Sequence record: PQ471516.1
DNA length: 64,000 bases
Strand: one strand, 5' to 3'
The notes under the pieces are model-generated. The model was given only the letters and a program-made list of their open reading frames with translations, was not told the origin of the DNA and made no database searches. Position 1 is the first letter of the stretch; each line of letters begins with the position of its first letter. Both the position numbers and the translations under genes were made by a program. Below are positions 1-8,080 of the stretch, piece after piece.

Positions 1-39
1 GGACGGATATTTTTAAAAATTTTTTCAGTACTGAATTTT

Positions 40-86
40 GGGCGTAACTATGCACCCGGTGGGCTTGAGTCTTTCTCGACTTGATG
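40..86 (-). ncRNA. Candidate small RNA, CCC-ANN-GGGUGC family, copy A
   Basis: Minus-strand promoter TTGCTT(119-114)-N16-TATAAT(97-92), then AGUC-GAGAAA-GACU and GCCC-ACC-GGGUGC; no ORF follows. Confidence 0.55.
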
Positions 87-186
87 GAACTATTATACAG
101 TACTGAAAAAATAAAGCAATACCATAAACGCAAAAAGTTTTAATTAATTTGCTTGTTATCCTGGGGCGTATTGTGGTACTATAGTT

Positions 187-240
187 CAGTACTGAGAAAG
201 TGCGTTTACCTGCTAGGGTGCGGGAGTGTATCCTTTTTTT
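187..240 (+). ncRNA. Candidate small RNA, family copy B (variant) with terminator-like end
   Basis: TG-extended TACTAT 177-182; GUACU-GAGAA-AGUGC; GGGUGC-GGGAGU-GUAUCC followed by a T tract. Confidence 0.5.
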
Positions 241-254
241 ATATCTTGAATTTT

Positions 255-301
255 GGGCGTAATTCCGCACCCTCTGGGGTTTCCGCTTTCTCGCGTCTAT
301 G
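255..301 (-). ncRNA. Candidate small RNA, family copy C
   Basis: Minus promoter TTGACT(334-329)-N16-TATAAT(312-307); CGC-GAGAAA-GCG; CCC-AGA-GGGUGC. Confidence 0.55.
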
Positions 302-697
302 TAGTAATTATACGCTTTTTCAGGATCAAGTCAATACCTAAAAACAAAATAATTGAAAATAATTTAACGCGTTTAAACGGCCCGTAAAGCCCTGGAATGA
401 TTGGAATGGTGCAAATGTATAGCTTAGGTGTATTAATGCGTTAGAATGCGTCTGAGGCCGTTTTACGGGGTATAGGGATGATTTGGTGGATTGATTCAGT
501 ACTGAATGATAGTACTACTATATAGAAAGATAGTTCCCCTGGATGGTTGCAGTACTGAATGATAGTTCCCCTATATAGAGAGAAAACTATTTTAAAAGTA
601 CATGTAGAAAGTACTTGCAAACTAAGTTTAACGGCGTATAATGTTTTACATCGAGAGCGGGAACACTTCCCGCTACATATTACGAGAGATTAAAACG

Positions 698-1060
698 ATG
701 GCGACTCAAATCACTAAAATTATTGCTAACCTGGTTAACTTCCGCGACGAGATGAAAGATCTTCCGGCTGAAACGGTAAAAATTCACATCGCAGCTTATC
801 GGGAACTTATTGCAATGTTGCCGCTTAAGCGTGAACAATACGCCGCTACCGTGATGCTTGATGCGATGATCCATAAGATGATCGCCAGTGATTTGACGAT
901 GGTTTATCAGTACATGGGCGAAAAATTCTCGGTGTATAGTAAACCAGTACCAGGAATGGAAAGTACAGAAGTATTACACGGTTTAAATTTAAAACAAGAT
1001 GCATGGGATAATATGCCTCGTTTCCTGGTATGGGCTGACAGTGGCAAAATTTACGAATAA
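698..1060 (+). CDS. Hypothetical early protein
   Basis: ORF track 641..1060; start moved to ATG after promoter, hairpin and RBS. Confidence 0.8.
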   Translation: MATQITKIIANLVNFRDEMKDLPAETVKIHIAAYRELIAMLPLKREQYAATVMLDAMIHKMIASDLTMVYQYMGEKFSVYSKPVPGMESTEVLHGLNLKQDAWDNMPRFLVWADSGKIYE

Positions 1061-1154
1061 GTTTAATAAAGTACTTGCATACTAAGTTAAAACAAGTATA
1101 ATACTTTCTATCAGGTGGGGAATAGTTCCCCACTATAATTAAGAGATTAATTTT

Positions 1155-1388
1155 ATGAGTACTATTTTAACTGTTTCTCAATCCGTTGCACTGACTGACC
1201 TATTAAACGCTTTAAGCCGTTGCACTGAGGTTGGCTTGTTTGATGTGGTTGACGTTGCACCGGACGTTATTAATCATTTTTGTGATGCGATGGAAGAATG
1301 TAAGGAAGATGATAGCCGTATGATGGCGGTCGCCTTTGAGGAAGTACAGCCAGGTGAGATCAAAGGTTTACCAGTACTGAAAAAATAG
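1155..1388 (+). CDS. Hypothetical early protein
   Basis: ORF behind own promoter cassette. Confidence 0.8.
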   Translation: MSTILTVSQSVALTDLLNALSRCTEVGLFDVVDVAPDVINHFCDAMEECKEDDSRMMAVAFEEVQPGEIKGLPVLKK

Positions 1389-1470
1389 TACTTGCAAACT
1401 AAGTTTAAAAGCGTATAATACTTTACATCAGGTGGGGAATAGTTCCCCACTATATAAGAGGATTAAAAAA

Positions 1471-1710
1471 ATGGCTAAATCAAAAATGTTCTTAGGTCAC
1501 AAAAACAAAACTCATTGGAATGTAAGCCTTTGGATTAATAACGATGAGTCATTGTACCGGTTGGCCCAGGACTTTATTAACGATAGCACTAATCGCAATG
1601 ATGCGGCCCGTCATATGATGTTATTTTTAGAACAGACTGGACAAGATAAAACACCGGACGGATTCAAATATAGCACTACTGCGATCCGTGCTGCGATGGT
1701 TGGAATGTAA
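1471..1710 (+). CDS. Hypothetical early protein, paralogue of 3871..4110
   Basis: RBS GAGGA; shares GHKNKTHWNVSLWINN and TPDGFKYSTTAIRAAMVGM. Confidence 0.85.
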   Translation: MAKSKMFLGHKNKTHWNVSLWINNDESLYRLAQDFINDSTNRNDAARHMMLFLEQTGQDKTPDGFKYSTTAIRAAMVGM

Positions 1711-1795
1711 TAGAATTTATTTAAAGTACTATCATTTTTTGCGATAGTACTTTATAATAGTGTTTTATTCATACACCAACGATAAGGGTAACAGC

Positions 1796-2062
1796 ATGAA
1801 TATTAAGTATTTTGCGACGCGTGAACAAGCTCGGATCGCCGCACGCCAGGACGGGGCAACGTTTAAAGATATGGGAGCGGGATCGGCAAGTGGTAAACGT
1901 TGGGCCATTGTAAAGCGTAGTACCGCCAGATCATTACAGTACTGGCTATCTGCTTTAAAGCGTCCTGATAGTGTATCGCGTCGAGTGGTAGAAATAAAGC
2001 ACGACCGCAAGGGCAATCGCGTTACCGTGTACCGTACTAAAAAGATAGCAGTACTTGAATAA
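1796..2062 (+). CDS. Basic hypothetical protein, paralogue of 14694..15098
   Basis: Shares K(Y/F)FATREQARI and HDRKGNRVTVY. Confidence 0.8.
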   Translation: MNIKYFATREQARIAARQDGATFKDMGAGSASGKRWAIVKRSTARSLQYWLSALKRPDSVSRRVVEIKHDRKGNRVTVYRTKKIAVLE

Positions 2063-2149
2063 AAAGTACTTGCAAACTAAGTTTAAAAGCGTATAATGTT
2101 TTACATCGAGAGCGGGAATAGTTCCCGCCTATAACCAGGAGTAATAAAA

Positions 2150-2380
2150 ATGGCTAATATGTATATGACCGAAGTTAAAACCGTAAAAGATACTACCACT
2201 AATAAAACTACTTACTTACAGCGGATCTGTGGTGTATGGCAACGTATCAGCAAATCAAAGTACTTTAAATTAACATCATATGCAAACCGTTCGGATTCAT
2301 TCAGTACTGAAATAAAAGGTAATAAAGTACACCAATACGGCACTTATTATTATTACAGCCTGGACGCGATTGCAGTATAA
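2150..2380 (+). CDS. Hypothetical early protein
   Basis: Promoter cassette, RBS AGGAG. Confidence 0.8.
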   Translation: MANMYMTEVKTVKDTTTNKTTYLQRICGVWQRISKSKYFKLTSYANRSDSFSTEIKGNKVHQYGTYYYYSLDAIAV

Positions 2381-2445
2381 GCAGTTTACAAATCTTTACA
2401 ATTGCCGGTATTGACTTATTTTGTCAGTACTGGCATAATGTATTC

Positions 2446-2490
2446 ATTGGCAGATAAGCCGTAGCCCATAGGGTGCGGGAGTGTATCTAT
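2446..2490 (+). ncRNA. Candidate small RNA, family copy D
   Basis: TTGACT 2411-N17-CATAAT 2434; GGC-AGAUAA-GCC; GCCC-AUA-GGGUGC. Confidence 0.55.
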
Positions 2491-2510
2491 AGAAAAAGTA
2501 GTTTATTACA

Positions 2511-2548
2511 GTTACAATTGTGCACCCGGTGGGTTAGCTGTTGTCATG
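2511..2548 (-). ncRNA. Candidate small RNA, family copy E
   Basis: Minus promoter TTGACA(2583-2578)-N17-CATAAT(2560-2555); ACCC-ACC-GGGUGCACAAUUGUAAC. Confidence 0.55.
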
Positions 2549-2664
2549 GGGTATATTATGCCAGTACTTGATAATGCTGTCAATACTTTTTTTTACTATT
2601 CAGTACAGAAAACTATTTTTAAAAAGTACTTGCAAACTATGTTTAAAGGCGTATAATGTTTTAC

Positions 2665-2739
2665 ATCAGGACGGGGAACGAAATAAGTAACTTCCCGTTA
2701 AGTAGCCCAGGAGTAAGGCACACGAAAAACTCCCCTGAT
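2665..2739 (+). ncRNA. Candidate pseudoknotted RNA motif, copy 1
   Basis: Starts right after promoter 2630-2657; AUCAGG/CCUGAU, ACGGG/CCCGU, pseudoknot GCC/GGC plus GGAG/CUCC. Confidence 0.65.
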
Positions 2740-2806
2740 AAAATAGTTTGACAATTGTTTTTAAAAGCGTATAATACTTACATCGATACTGAATGAGGGT
2801 TACAAA

Positions 2807-3418
2807 ATGAAAACTATCACTACTACTACTTTTGTTATGGCTTTTTCTGAACTGACCGCAGAACAACAAGCGGCGGCTATCGAACTGGTTCGGGAACGTG
2901 AAAAAAACTTAAACGATGATTATTTTTCTGAAAGTGAAATTGAATACTATAAAGAAACAGTACTACCGGAATATGGCATAGATGAAGCTGAATTGCAATT
3001 CAGTGGTTTTTGGTCCCAGGGTGACGGTGCATCAATCAGTACTGACCACGTTGACGCAGTGAAGTTTTTACGCAAGATTAAAGCATTAACTAAGTATCGC
3101 TCGATCCGTCACCTGCTGAATGAAGATGATTTGGCGATGAGTGTAAAGCGTTCTCACTCCCACTACTCGCATGAGAATACTGTAAGCGGGTACATTGAAT
3201 CGGCTTACACTGATTTAACCGCAAAACAAGAAACGTTAGTTAATGAGCTTGAGGAACTACTCACTGAAACTATTCGTGAATTATCCCGCAAGTTGTACCG
3301 TGATTTAGAGAATGCATATGAGGATCAATTCACTACTGAAAACATTACGGCACTGATTGAGGGTAACGAATATCAATTCAATGTCATTGATGGTGTAGTA
3401 GAATCAATCGAATATTAA
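2807..3418 (+). CDS. Acidic hypothetical early protein
   Basis: 203-aa ORF, RBS GAGGG, promoter 2748-2775; FSGFWSQGDGAS segment. Confidence 0.85.
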   Translation: MKTITTTTFVMAFSELTAEQQAAAIELVREREKNLNDDYFSESEIEYYKETVLPEYGIDEAELQFSGFWSQGDGASISTDHVDAVKFLRKIKALTKYRSIRHLLNEDDLAMSVKRSHSHYSHENTVSGYIESAYTDLTAKQETLVNELEELLTETIRELSRKLYRDLENAYEDQFTTENITALIEGNEYQFNVIDGVVESIEY

Positions 3419-3511
3419 TTTAAAAAGTACTTGCAAACTAAGTTTAAAGGCGTATAATACTTTATATCGAGGCGGGGAATGGTTCCCCGCTCACACTAAA
3501 AGGGCAACAAA

Positions 3512-3778
3512 ATGAAAACTTTAAATATCACAACTGCACATCAATTGGTTCGGGATGCGATGGATCATGTGCAAGATTTCTTCCCTGATGTAAGTGTAGT
3601 GACTTATGAAAAAGGTACTTGGACTTATTCAACAATCAACGGTTATGAGCCTGATTTTGATGATCTGGAAGAAATGGAATTTAATTTTGATCTGCTGAAT
3701 GATGCCGCCCGTGAAGTGGAAAACGATGTTCAATACATTGATGGAGTAGTCGCACCTGATGCAGTAAAAGGATTATAA
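3512..3778 (+). CDS. Hypothetical early protein
   Basis: Promoter cassette. Confidence 0.8.
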   Translation: MKTLNITTAHQLVRDAMDHVQDFFPDVSVVTYEKGTWTYSTINGYEPDFDDLEEMEFNFDLLNDAAREVENDVQYIDGVVAPDAVKGL

Positions 3779-3870
3779 AATTTAAAAAGTACTTGCATTG
3801 TAGTTAGATTAACGTATAATACTTTATATCGAGGCGGGGAGTGGTTCCCCGCTCAAACGAGGATTAAAAA

Positions 3871-4110
3871 ATGGCTAGTACTAAAACTTACAACGGACAC
3901 AAAAACAAAACTCATTGGAATGTTTCCTTATGGATTAATAACGGTGAGTCATTGTATCGGCTTGCTCAAAGTTGCATTGCACAAAGTAAAACTAAAGATA
4001 TTGCTGCGGAATGTATGTACCGCAGATTAAAAGCCAACGGTACTACAACCACGCCAGACGGCTTTAAGTATAGCACTACTGCGATCCGTGCTGCGATGGT
4101 TGGAATGTAA
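3871..4110 (+). CDS. Hypothetical early protein, paralogue of 1471..1710
   Basis: Near-identical 3' end at DNA level. Confidence 0.85.
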   Translation: MASTKTYNGHKNKTHWNVSLWINNGESLYRLAQSCIAQSKTKDIAAECMYRRLKANGTTTTPDGFKYSTTAIRAAMVGM

Positions 4111-4168
4111 TATTCAGTACTGAATCAATGGCGGGGAATGGTTCCCGCCTTTATTGAGGGTTTATCTA

Positions 4169-4447
4169 ATGAGTAAAGTAATTAACTATACAGTACTAAG
4201 CAAGTCATTGTCTATAAGTGAGTGCACCAATGGTTTTTGGCTGTACGACGAAACGCGTGGCATGAATTTAGCTATGCAGGAGAAAACTGCTGATGCGGCA
4301 TATCTTAAAGCACTGGAATACTACCAGGAACGTTTGAAGGAAGTAGAAAACAATTATCAAAATTTAAAAGAGAAAGTAGATCATTTCGTCGGTCAATTCG
4401 TTGACGATGACGGGCACTACTGCGACCGTTGCGGATCTTACAGTTAA
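4169..4447 (+). CDS. Hypothetical protein with C-terminal CxxC
   Basis: RBS GAGGG; hairpin 4131-4149 upstream. Confidence 0.75.
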   Translation: MSKVINYTVLSKSLSISECTNGFWLYDETRGMNLAMQEKTADAAYLKALEYYQERLKEVENNYQNLKEKVDHFVGQFVDDDGHYCDRCGSYS

Positions 4448-4464
4448 GTACTGAGGATTATCTA

Positions 4465-4668
4465 ATGAGTGATTTAATTGAACGTATCAAAGAGCTTGAA
4501 GAAAAAGAATTGCAGTTGATCGGCTTACAGAATAAAATCTATCATGATTTGGGGAGTTTTATCAATGCCTGGGATAGTGGCGATCCTGATGCGTTACCTG
4601 CTAACCGCACGGCAATGATCAATGATGTGCGTGGTGTCTTTGATTATGTTTTAAAGCAATTAAATTAA
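4465..4668 (+). CDS. Hypothetical protein
   Basis: RBS GAGGA; start adjusted. Confidence 0.75.
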   Translation: MSDLIERIKELEEKELQLIGLQNKIYHDLGSFINAWDSGDPDALPANRTAMINDVRGVFDYVLKQLN

Positions 4669-4755
4669 AAAAAGTACTTGCAATTAGTTTTTAGTACTGT
4701 ATAATGGTTTACATCAAAGGGAGAAATGGTTCTCCCTGGTAATGAGGAAAATACA

Positions 4756-4977
4756 ATGGCTAATATCACTACTCTTTCCCAACTGGAAGCACTGGTTAAA
4801 TCTATGCGGGAACATGCCGACAAAATCGGCGTACAAGATCCAGCCGTTTGCTTTTGCGACGAATTGAATGATGATACCCTGGTAATAGCAGAAGTCCAGG
4901 ACGTTTCTAACTATTCCTCGCGTTACACTGGCGGCGTAGCAAATAAAGGTGACTTCTGTTTATACCTTACAAAATAA
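4756..4977 (+). CDS. Hypothetical early protein
   Basis: Promoter cassette, RBS GAGGA; start adjusted. Confidence 0.8.
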   Translation: MANITTLSQLEALVKSMREHADKIGVQDPAVCFCDELNDDTLVIAEVQDVSNYSSRYTGGVANKGDFCLYLTK

Positions 4978-4982
4978 CAACG

Positions 4983-5012
4983 CGGGGAGATAATAACTCC
5001 CCGTTACTTTTT
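4983..5012 (+). terminator. Intrinsic terminator
   Basis: CGGGGAG-N7-CTCCCCG plus T-rich tail after stop. Confidence 0.6.
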
Positions 5013-5032
5013 CAGTACTGAATCATTTAATA

Positions 5033-5077
5033 GACGGATCTCGGCACCCGGTGGGTTAGTGACTGTTTCGTCTTGAT
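5033..5077 (-). ncRNA. Candidate small RNA, family copy F
   Basis: Minus promoter TTGACA(5112-5107)-N17-CATAAT(5089-5084); GAC-GAAACA-GUC; ACCC-ACC-GGGUGC. Confidence 0.55.
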
Positions 5078-5220
5078 GTAGTAATTATGCCAGTACTGGA
5101 TGCACTTGTCAACAATTATTTTTCAAATACTTTTTATTAAAATACTTGCAATTAGTTTTTAAACGCGTATAATGTTTTGCATAGGGGGAGCGGTTCCCCT
5201 GGTAACTAAGGAATAAGAAA

Positions 5221-5457
5221 ATGGTCGAACAAATCAAATCAACGTCTTCGAATGTAACGGGAACGGTAGCACACTTTACTAGTGATGAATCGCGGGGCGT
5301 TCCCTATTGTGCTGTACATGTAAACACTGAGGGTAACTACTGGTTTACGGTTTACGGATCATATTCATTTGGACGGCCAGGGCATCAAAAAATTCTGGAT
5401 AAAGTACAGCCAACGGGTAAAAATATCACTGCTGAAATGTTTTATAAAAAATCATAA
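5221..5457 (+). CDS. Hypothetical early protein
   Basis: Promoter cassette, RBS AAGGA. Confidence 0.8.
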   Translation: MVEQIKSTSSNVTGTVAHFTSDESRGVPYCAVHVNTEGNYWFTVYGSYSFGRPGHQKILDKVQPTGKNITAEMFYKKS

Positions 5458-5542
5458 AGTACTTGCAATTAGTTTTCAGTACTGTATAATCTTTTACATC
5501 GACACGGGAAAACGGTTTCCCCTGGTAACTAAGGATAATCAA

Positions 5543-5842
5543 ATGAAAGTTGCAATCATCGCCCTGGCTTTATCTGTATCGTCTTTCGCTGTTAACGCTT
5601 CCGTTGATGTACCGCGTGAAAAATTCATTCAGTGCACTGTTGCAATGACTAACGAGGAAACGGCTGAGATCGTTACCAAATCCCTGGAACTGGCCCCTGC
5701 GATGTTTGCCAATGGCCCGTATCATGAAGAAGATGATCAGGGTAGCACGACCATCTATTACGATGCAAAAAGTAAACGCGGTTCAGTTACTGTAATGGAT
5801 ACTGAGAAAGTTACATTCACGGGAGTAATTAATTGTTTTTAA
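5543..5842 (+). CDS. Exported protein with signal peptide
   Basis: MKVAIIALALSVSSFAVNA fits a Sec signal peptide; RBS AAGGA; start adjusted from 5369. Confidence 0.7.
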   Translation: MKVAIIALALSVSSFAVNASVDVPREKFIQCTVAMTNEETAEIVTKSLELAPAMFANGPYHEEDDQGSTTIYYDAKSKRGSVTVMDTEKVTFTGVINCF

Positions 5843-5858
5843 TGAAGTACTGAATCAT

Positions 5859-5887
5859 AAGCCCACTATAAGAAGTGGGCTTTTTTT
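5859..5887 (+). terminator. Intrinsic terminator
   Basis: AAGCCCACT-N6-AGTGGGCTT plus T tract. Confidence 0.8.
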
Positions 5888-5964
5888 ATTGTAGTACTGA
5901 ATACTTTAAAAATAGTTTTGAAATAGTAGTTGACATTACCAGGGAAAGGCGTAGAATGTATTAC

Positions 5965-6027
5965 ATCAGGACGGGGAACACTAAGTAGACCGCCAGTAAG
6001 TCGAACGAAAAACTGGACACGACCTGG
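5965..6027 (+). ncRNA. Candidate pseudoknotted RNA motif, copy 2 (divergent)
   Basis: After promoter 5930-5957; UAAGUA GAC CG CCAG UAA GUC GAACGAAAAA CUGG. Confidence 0.6.
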
Positions 6028-6072
6028 AAACTTTGATAAACTAAATTACACTTTAATTGAGGAATTAAAAAA

Positions 6073-6552
6073 ATGGCAAATGTAAAATCATTCTTTAAAG
6101 CACTGGTATCTTCTGACGTATCTATCGCCGCTGAATTGCTGGCTGACCTGGATAATGATACCATGAAAGCAGTACGCAATAATTTTAATATGGCGTACAG
6201 TGCAGCAAAAGAACTGCAAGCCAAAAAGGTAGCAGAACTGGAAGCGGCAAAGGCAGAACGTGAAGCAGAACTGCAAGCAACAATCGAAAGCATCCAGGCG
6301 GCGGTAAGTGGATTGGATATCGAGATCGTAACCGATATGGCACATAAAGCCCTAGCTGCAAAATACGGTGAAGTAAAAGCGGTTAAAGAAAAGAAATGGA
6401 TTCAGGACCGCGTTAACGTAGTACTAGACAACGGGGAAGAATATCTTATTCCTGTACGCGGTAACTGCATTGCCGTAGTACTGGACGCGATTAACTCCAG
6501 TGGTATGACACGCGAGGAATGGATCGAAGCTCATCGCAAAGTTGAAGCATAA
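6073..6552 (+). CDS. H-NS-like protein (coiled coil plus H-NS-type C-terminal domain)
   Basis: Ala/Glu coiled coil; C-terminal NGEEYLIPVRGNCIAVVLDAINSSGMTREEWI aligns without gaps to E. coli H-NS [32 protein letters not shown] (from memory). Confidence 0.55.
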   Translation: MANVKSFFKALVSSDVSIAAELLADLDNDTMKAVRNNFNMAYSAAKELQAKKVAELEAAKAEREAELQATIESIQAAVSGLDIEIVTDMAHKALAAKYGEVKAVKEKKWIQDRVNVVLDNGEEYLIPVRGNCIAVVLDAINSSGMTREEWIEAHRKVEA

Positions 6553-6573
6553 CAATAAAAGTACTGAATCACT

Positions 6574-6600
6574 AGCCCACCTTAAACGGTGGGCTTTTTT
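6574..6600 (+). terminator. Intrinsic terminator
   Basis: AGCCCACC-N6-GGTGGGCT plus T tract. Confidence 0.8.
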
Positions 6601-6837
6601 GTGTTTATCGTTTACCAGGCCACCAGCACCGCCTAGAAACGATTCTAACGCATTAAACTGATTATCCGATGCATTGCCCTAGCTGGTGGCGTTAAGGCTG
6701 TAAGAACGCGATTGAGAGCGTTTAAAGTATTTTGCAAAAAGTAATAAAAAGTACTTGCACGATTAAGAGATTAGCGTATAATGTTTTACATCGAGAGGGG
6801 GAAACGGTTCTCCTTCCAAATCAAAGGAATCAAAACA

Positions 6838-7065
6838 ATGGCTATTATCATTACTCGCGTATCTGGTACTACTGGCAACGAACAAGTAGTTGCAGTCATT
6901 ACCAACAAGGAAGGTGCGGAATTGCAAAATGCAATGAATACCTGGGCCGTTAATGAGTTCGGTCAGTGGGCAAGTGTAGCATACATTGAAACCTATCAAG
7001 TGCCGTCGATTAGTTTAACTGATTTGGGCGTTGAGCGTATCCTTTGCCTTGATGAATTAAATTAA
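6838..7065 (+). CDS. Hypothetical early protein
   Basis: Promoter cassette; start adjusted. Confidence 0.8.
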   Translation: MAIIITRVSGTTGNEQVVAVITNKEGAELQNAMNTWAVNEFGQWASVAYIETYQVPSISLTDLGVERILCLDELN

Positions 7066-7151
7066 AAAAGTACTTGCAAAGTAAATCGAATAAAGTATAA
7101 TACATTACATCAAGGGGAGAAAATGGTTCTCCCCACTACAAGGAAACTAAA

Positions 7152-7295
7152 ATGAAAACTTGTCAATGTGGTCAGAAATCTATTACGGGTTTAAAGCGGG
7201 GCGTTGCTCTTTGCCAGTACCATTATAATTTACAAGTATGGGGTAAAGAATGGGCCGACCAGGTGGAAGCAATCAAGAAAGCAAAAAGTAAGTAA
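7152..7295 (+). CDS. Small Cys/His protein (47 aa)
   Basis: Own cassette, RBS AAGGA; CQCG...CQYH; below ORF-track cutoff. Confidence 0.7.
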   Translation: MKTCQCGQKSITGLKRGVALCQYHYNLQVWGKEWADQVEAIKKAKSK

Positions 7296-7374
7296 AAATA
7301 TTATCACAGTGCTATTGACATAGTTTGATAGTACTGGCATAATAGATTTTATCAAGACAACTGAGGAAAATAAA

Positions 7375-7587
7375 ATGGCTATCATTACTAAAATCAAAGT
7401 AAACAAATCACTGGTTAAGCTGGAAGAAGTGAAAGCAGGTTATAAAGTATCGTGGTGCGGTATGTATCGGATGTTCGCAGATATTGATGAAGCGATCAAT
7501 TATTACAGCGACACGGTTAAAAACTTTGTTCGTGCTGATGTGGTTATGGCAGTGGTAACGCACAAAGCAGCGAAAGAAAGTAAGTAA
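7375..7587 (+). CDS. Hypothetical early protein
   Basis: Promoter, RBS GAGGA. Confidence 0.8.
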   Translation: MAIITKIKVNKSLVKLEEVKAGYKVSWCGMYRMFADIDEAINYYSDTVKNFVRADVVMAVVTHKAAKESK

Positions 7588-7676
7588 AAATATTATCACA
7601 GTACTATTGACATAGTTTGATAGTACTGGCATAATAGATTTTATCAAGACAACATATTAATTTAAGGAATACAAAA

Positions 7677-8000
7677 ATGGCTAAAACTATCATTAACACC
7701 GTTTCCCTGGCTGCAATCCGTGCAATCAATGTTGACGGTAAACGTTGGACTGATTCATATGGCAATACTTATCATTCTTGTCATGTAAGCGTTGAACTGG
7801 ATAACGGTTTGAATGATCTGGCGGTTGAATCATTTACTTATGGCTATGAAGATGCATATCAACAAACGGCGTTAGATCTCTTAAAGGAATCAGTAGACGG
7901 GCTTAATACTGATGAAACCTCCCTTACTCGTTTGTGCAATGATCTTAATATCCCGTTGCATTGTACTGTACAGAATGTTAAACGCAAAAAAGATCTTTAA
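7677..8000 (+). CDS. Hypothetical protein, paralogue of 14280..14603
   Basis: Shares RWTDS(Y/H)GNTYHSC and FTYGY. Confidence 0.85.
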   Translation: MAKTIINTVSLAAIRAINVDGKRWTDSYGNTYHSCHVSVELDNGLNDLAVESFTYGYEDAYQQTALDLLKESVDGLNTDETSLTRLCNDLNIPLHCTVQNVKRKKDL

Positions 8001-8080
8001 TTAGCTTTACTTTATGCAGATACTTTGATATAGTGTCTGCATAGGGGAAAGAAATTAAATTAACTTAAGAGGATCGTATA

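Noticed and set aside
25-341. ORFs 25..270(-) and 153..341(+)
   Set aside because: No RBS, and they run across promoters and the sRNA motifs; chance frames
641-697. ORF-track starts such as MFYIE/MFYMK/MYNV (641, 6781, 9135, 12843, 13965, 17632, 19472)
   Set aside because: These ATGs come from the conserved TATAATGTTTTAC promoter sequence or lie within the cassette, at or before +1 with no RBS; true starts are downstream
2665-2739. Assigning the pseudoknot to hammerhead, pistol, twister or HDV ribozymes
   Set aside because: No CUGAUGA/GAAA core on either strand, and the helix order does not fit pistol, twister or HDV topologies as I recall them; left unnamed
3470-3492. Cassette hairpin GCGGGGAA-TGG-TTCCCCGC resembles the type I-E CRISPR repeat arms
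   Set aside because: Arms are in the opposite order, copies vary in sequence, spacing is gene-sized, and no cas genes are present; not a CRISPR array
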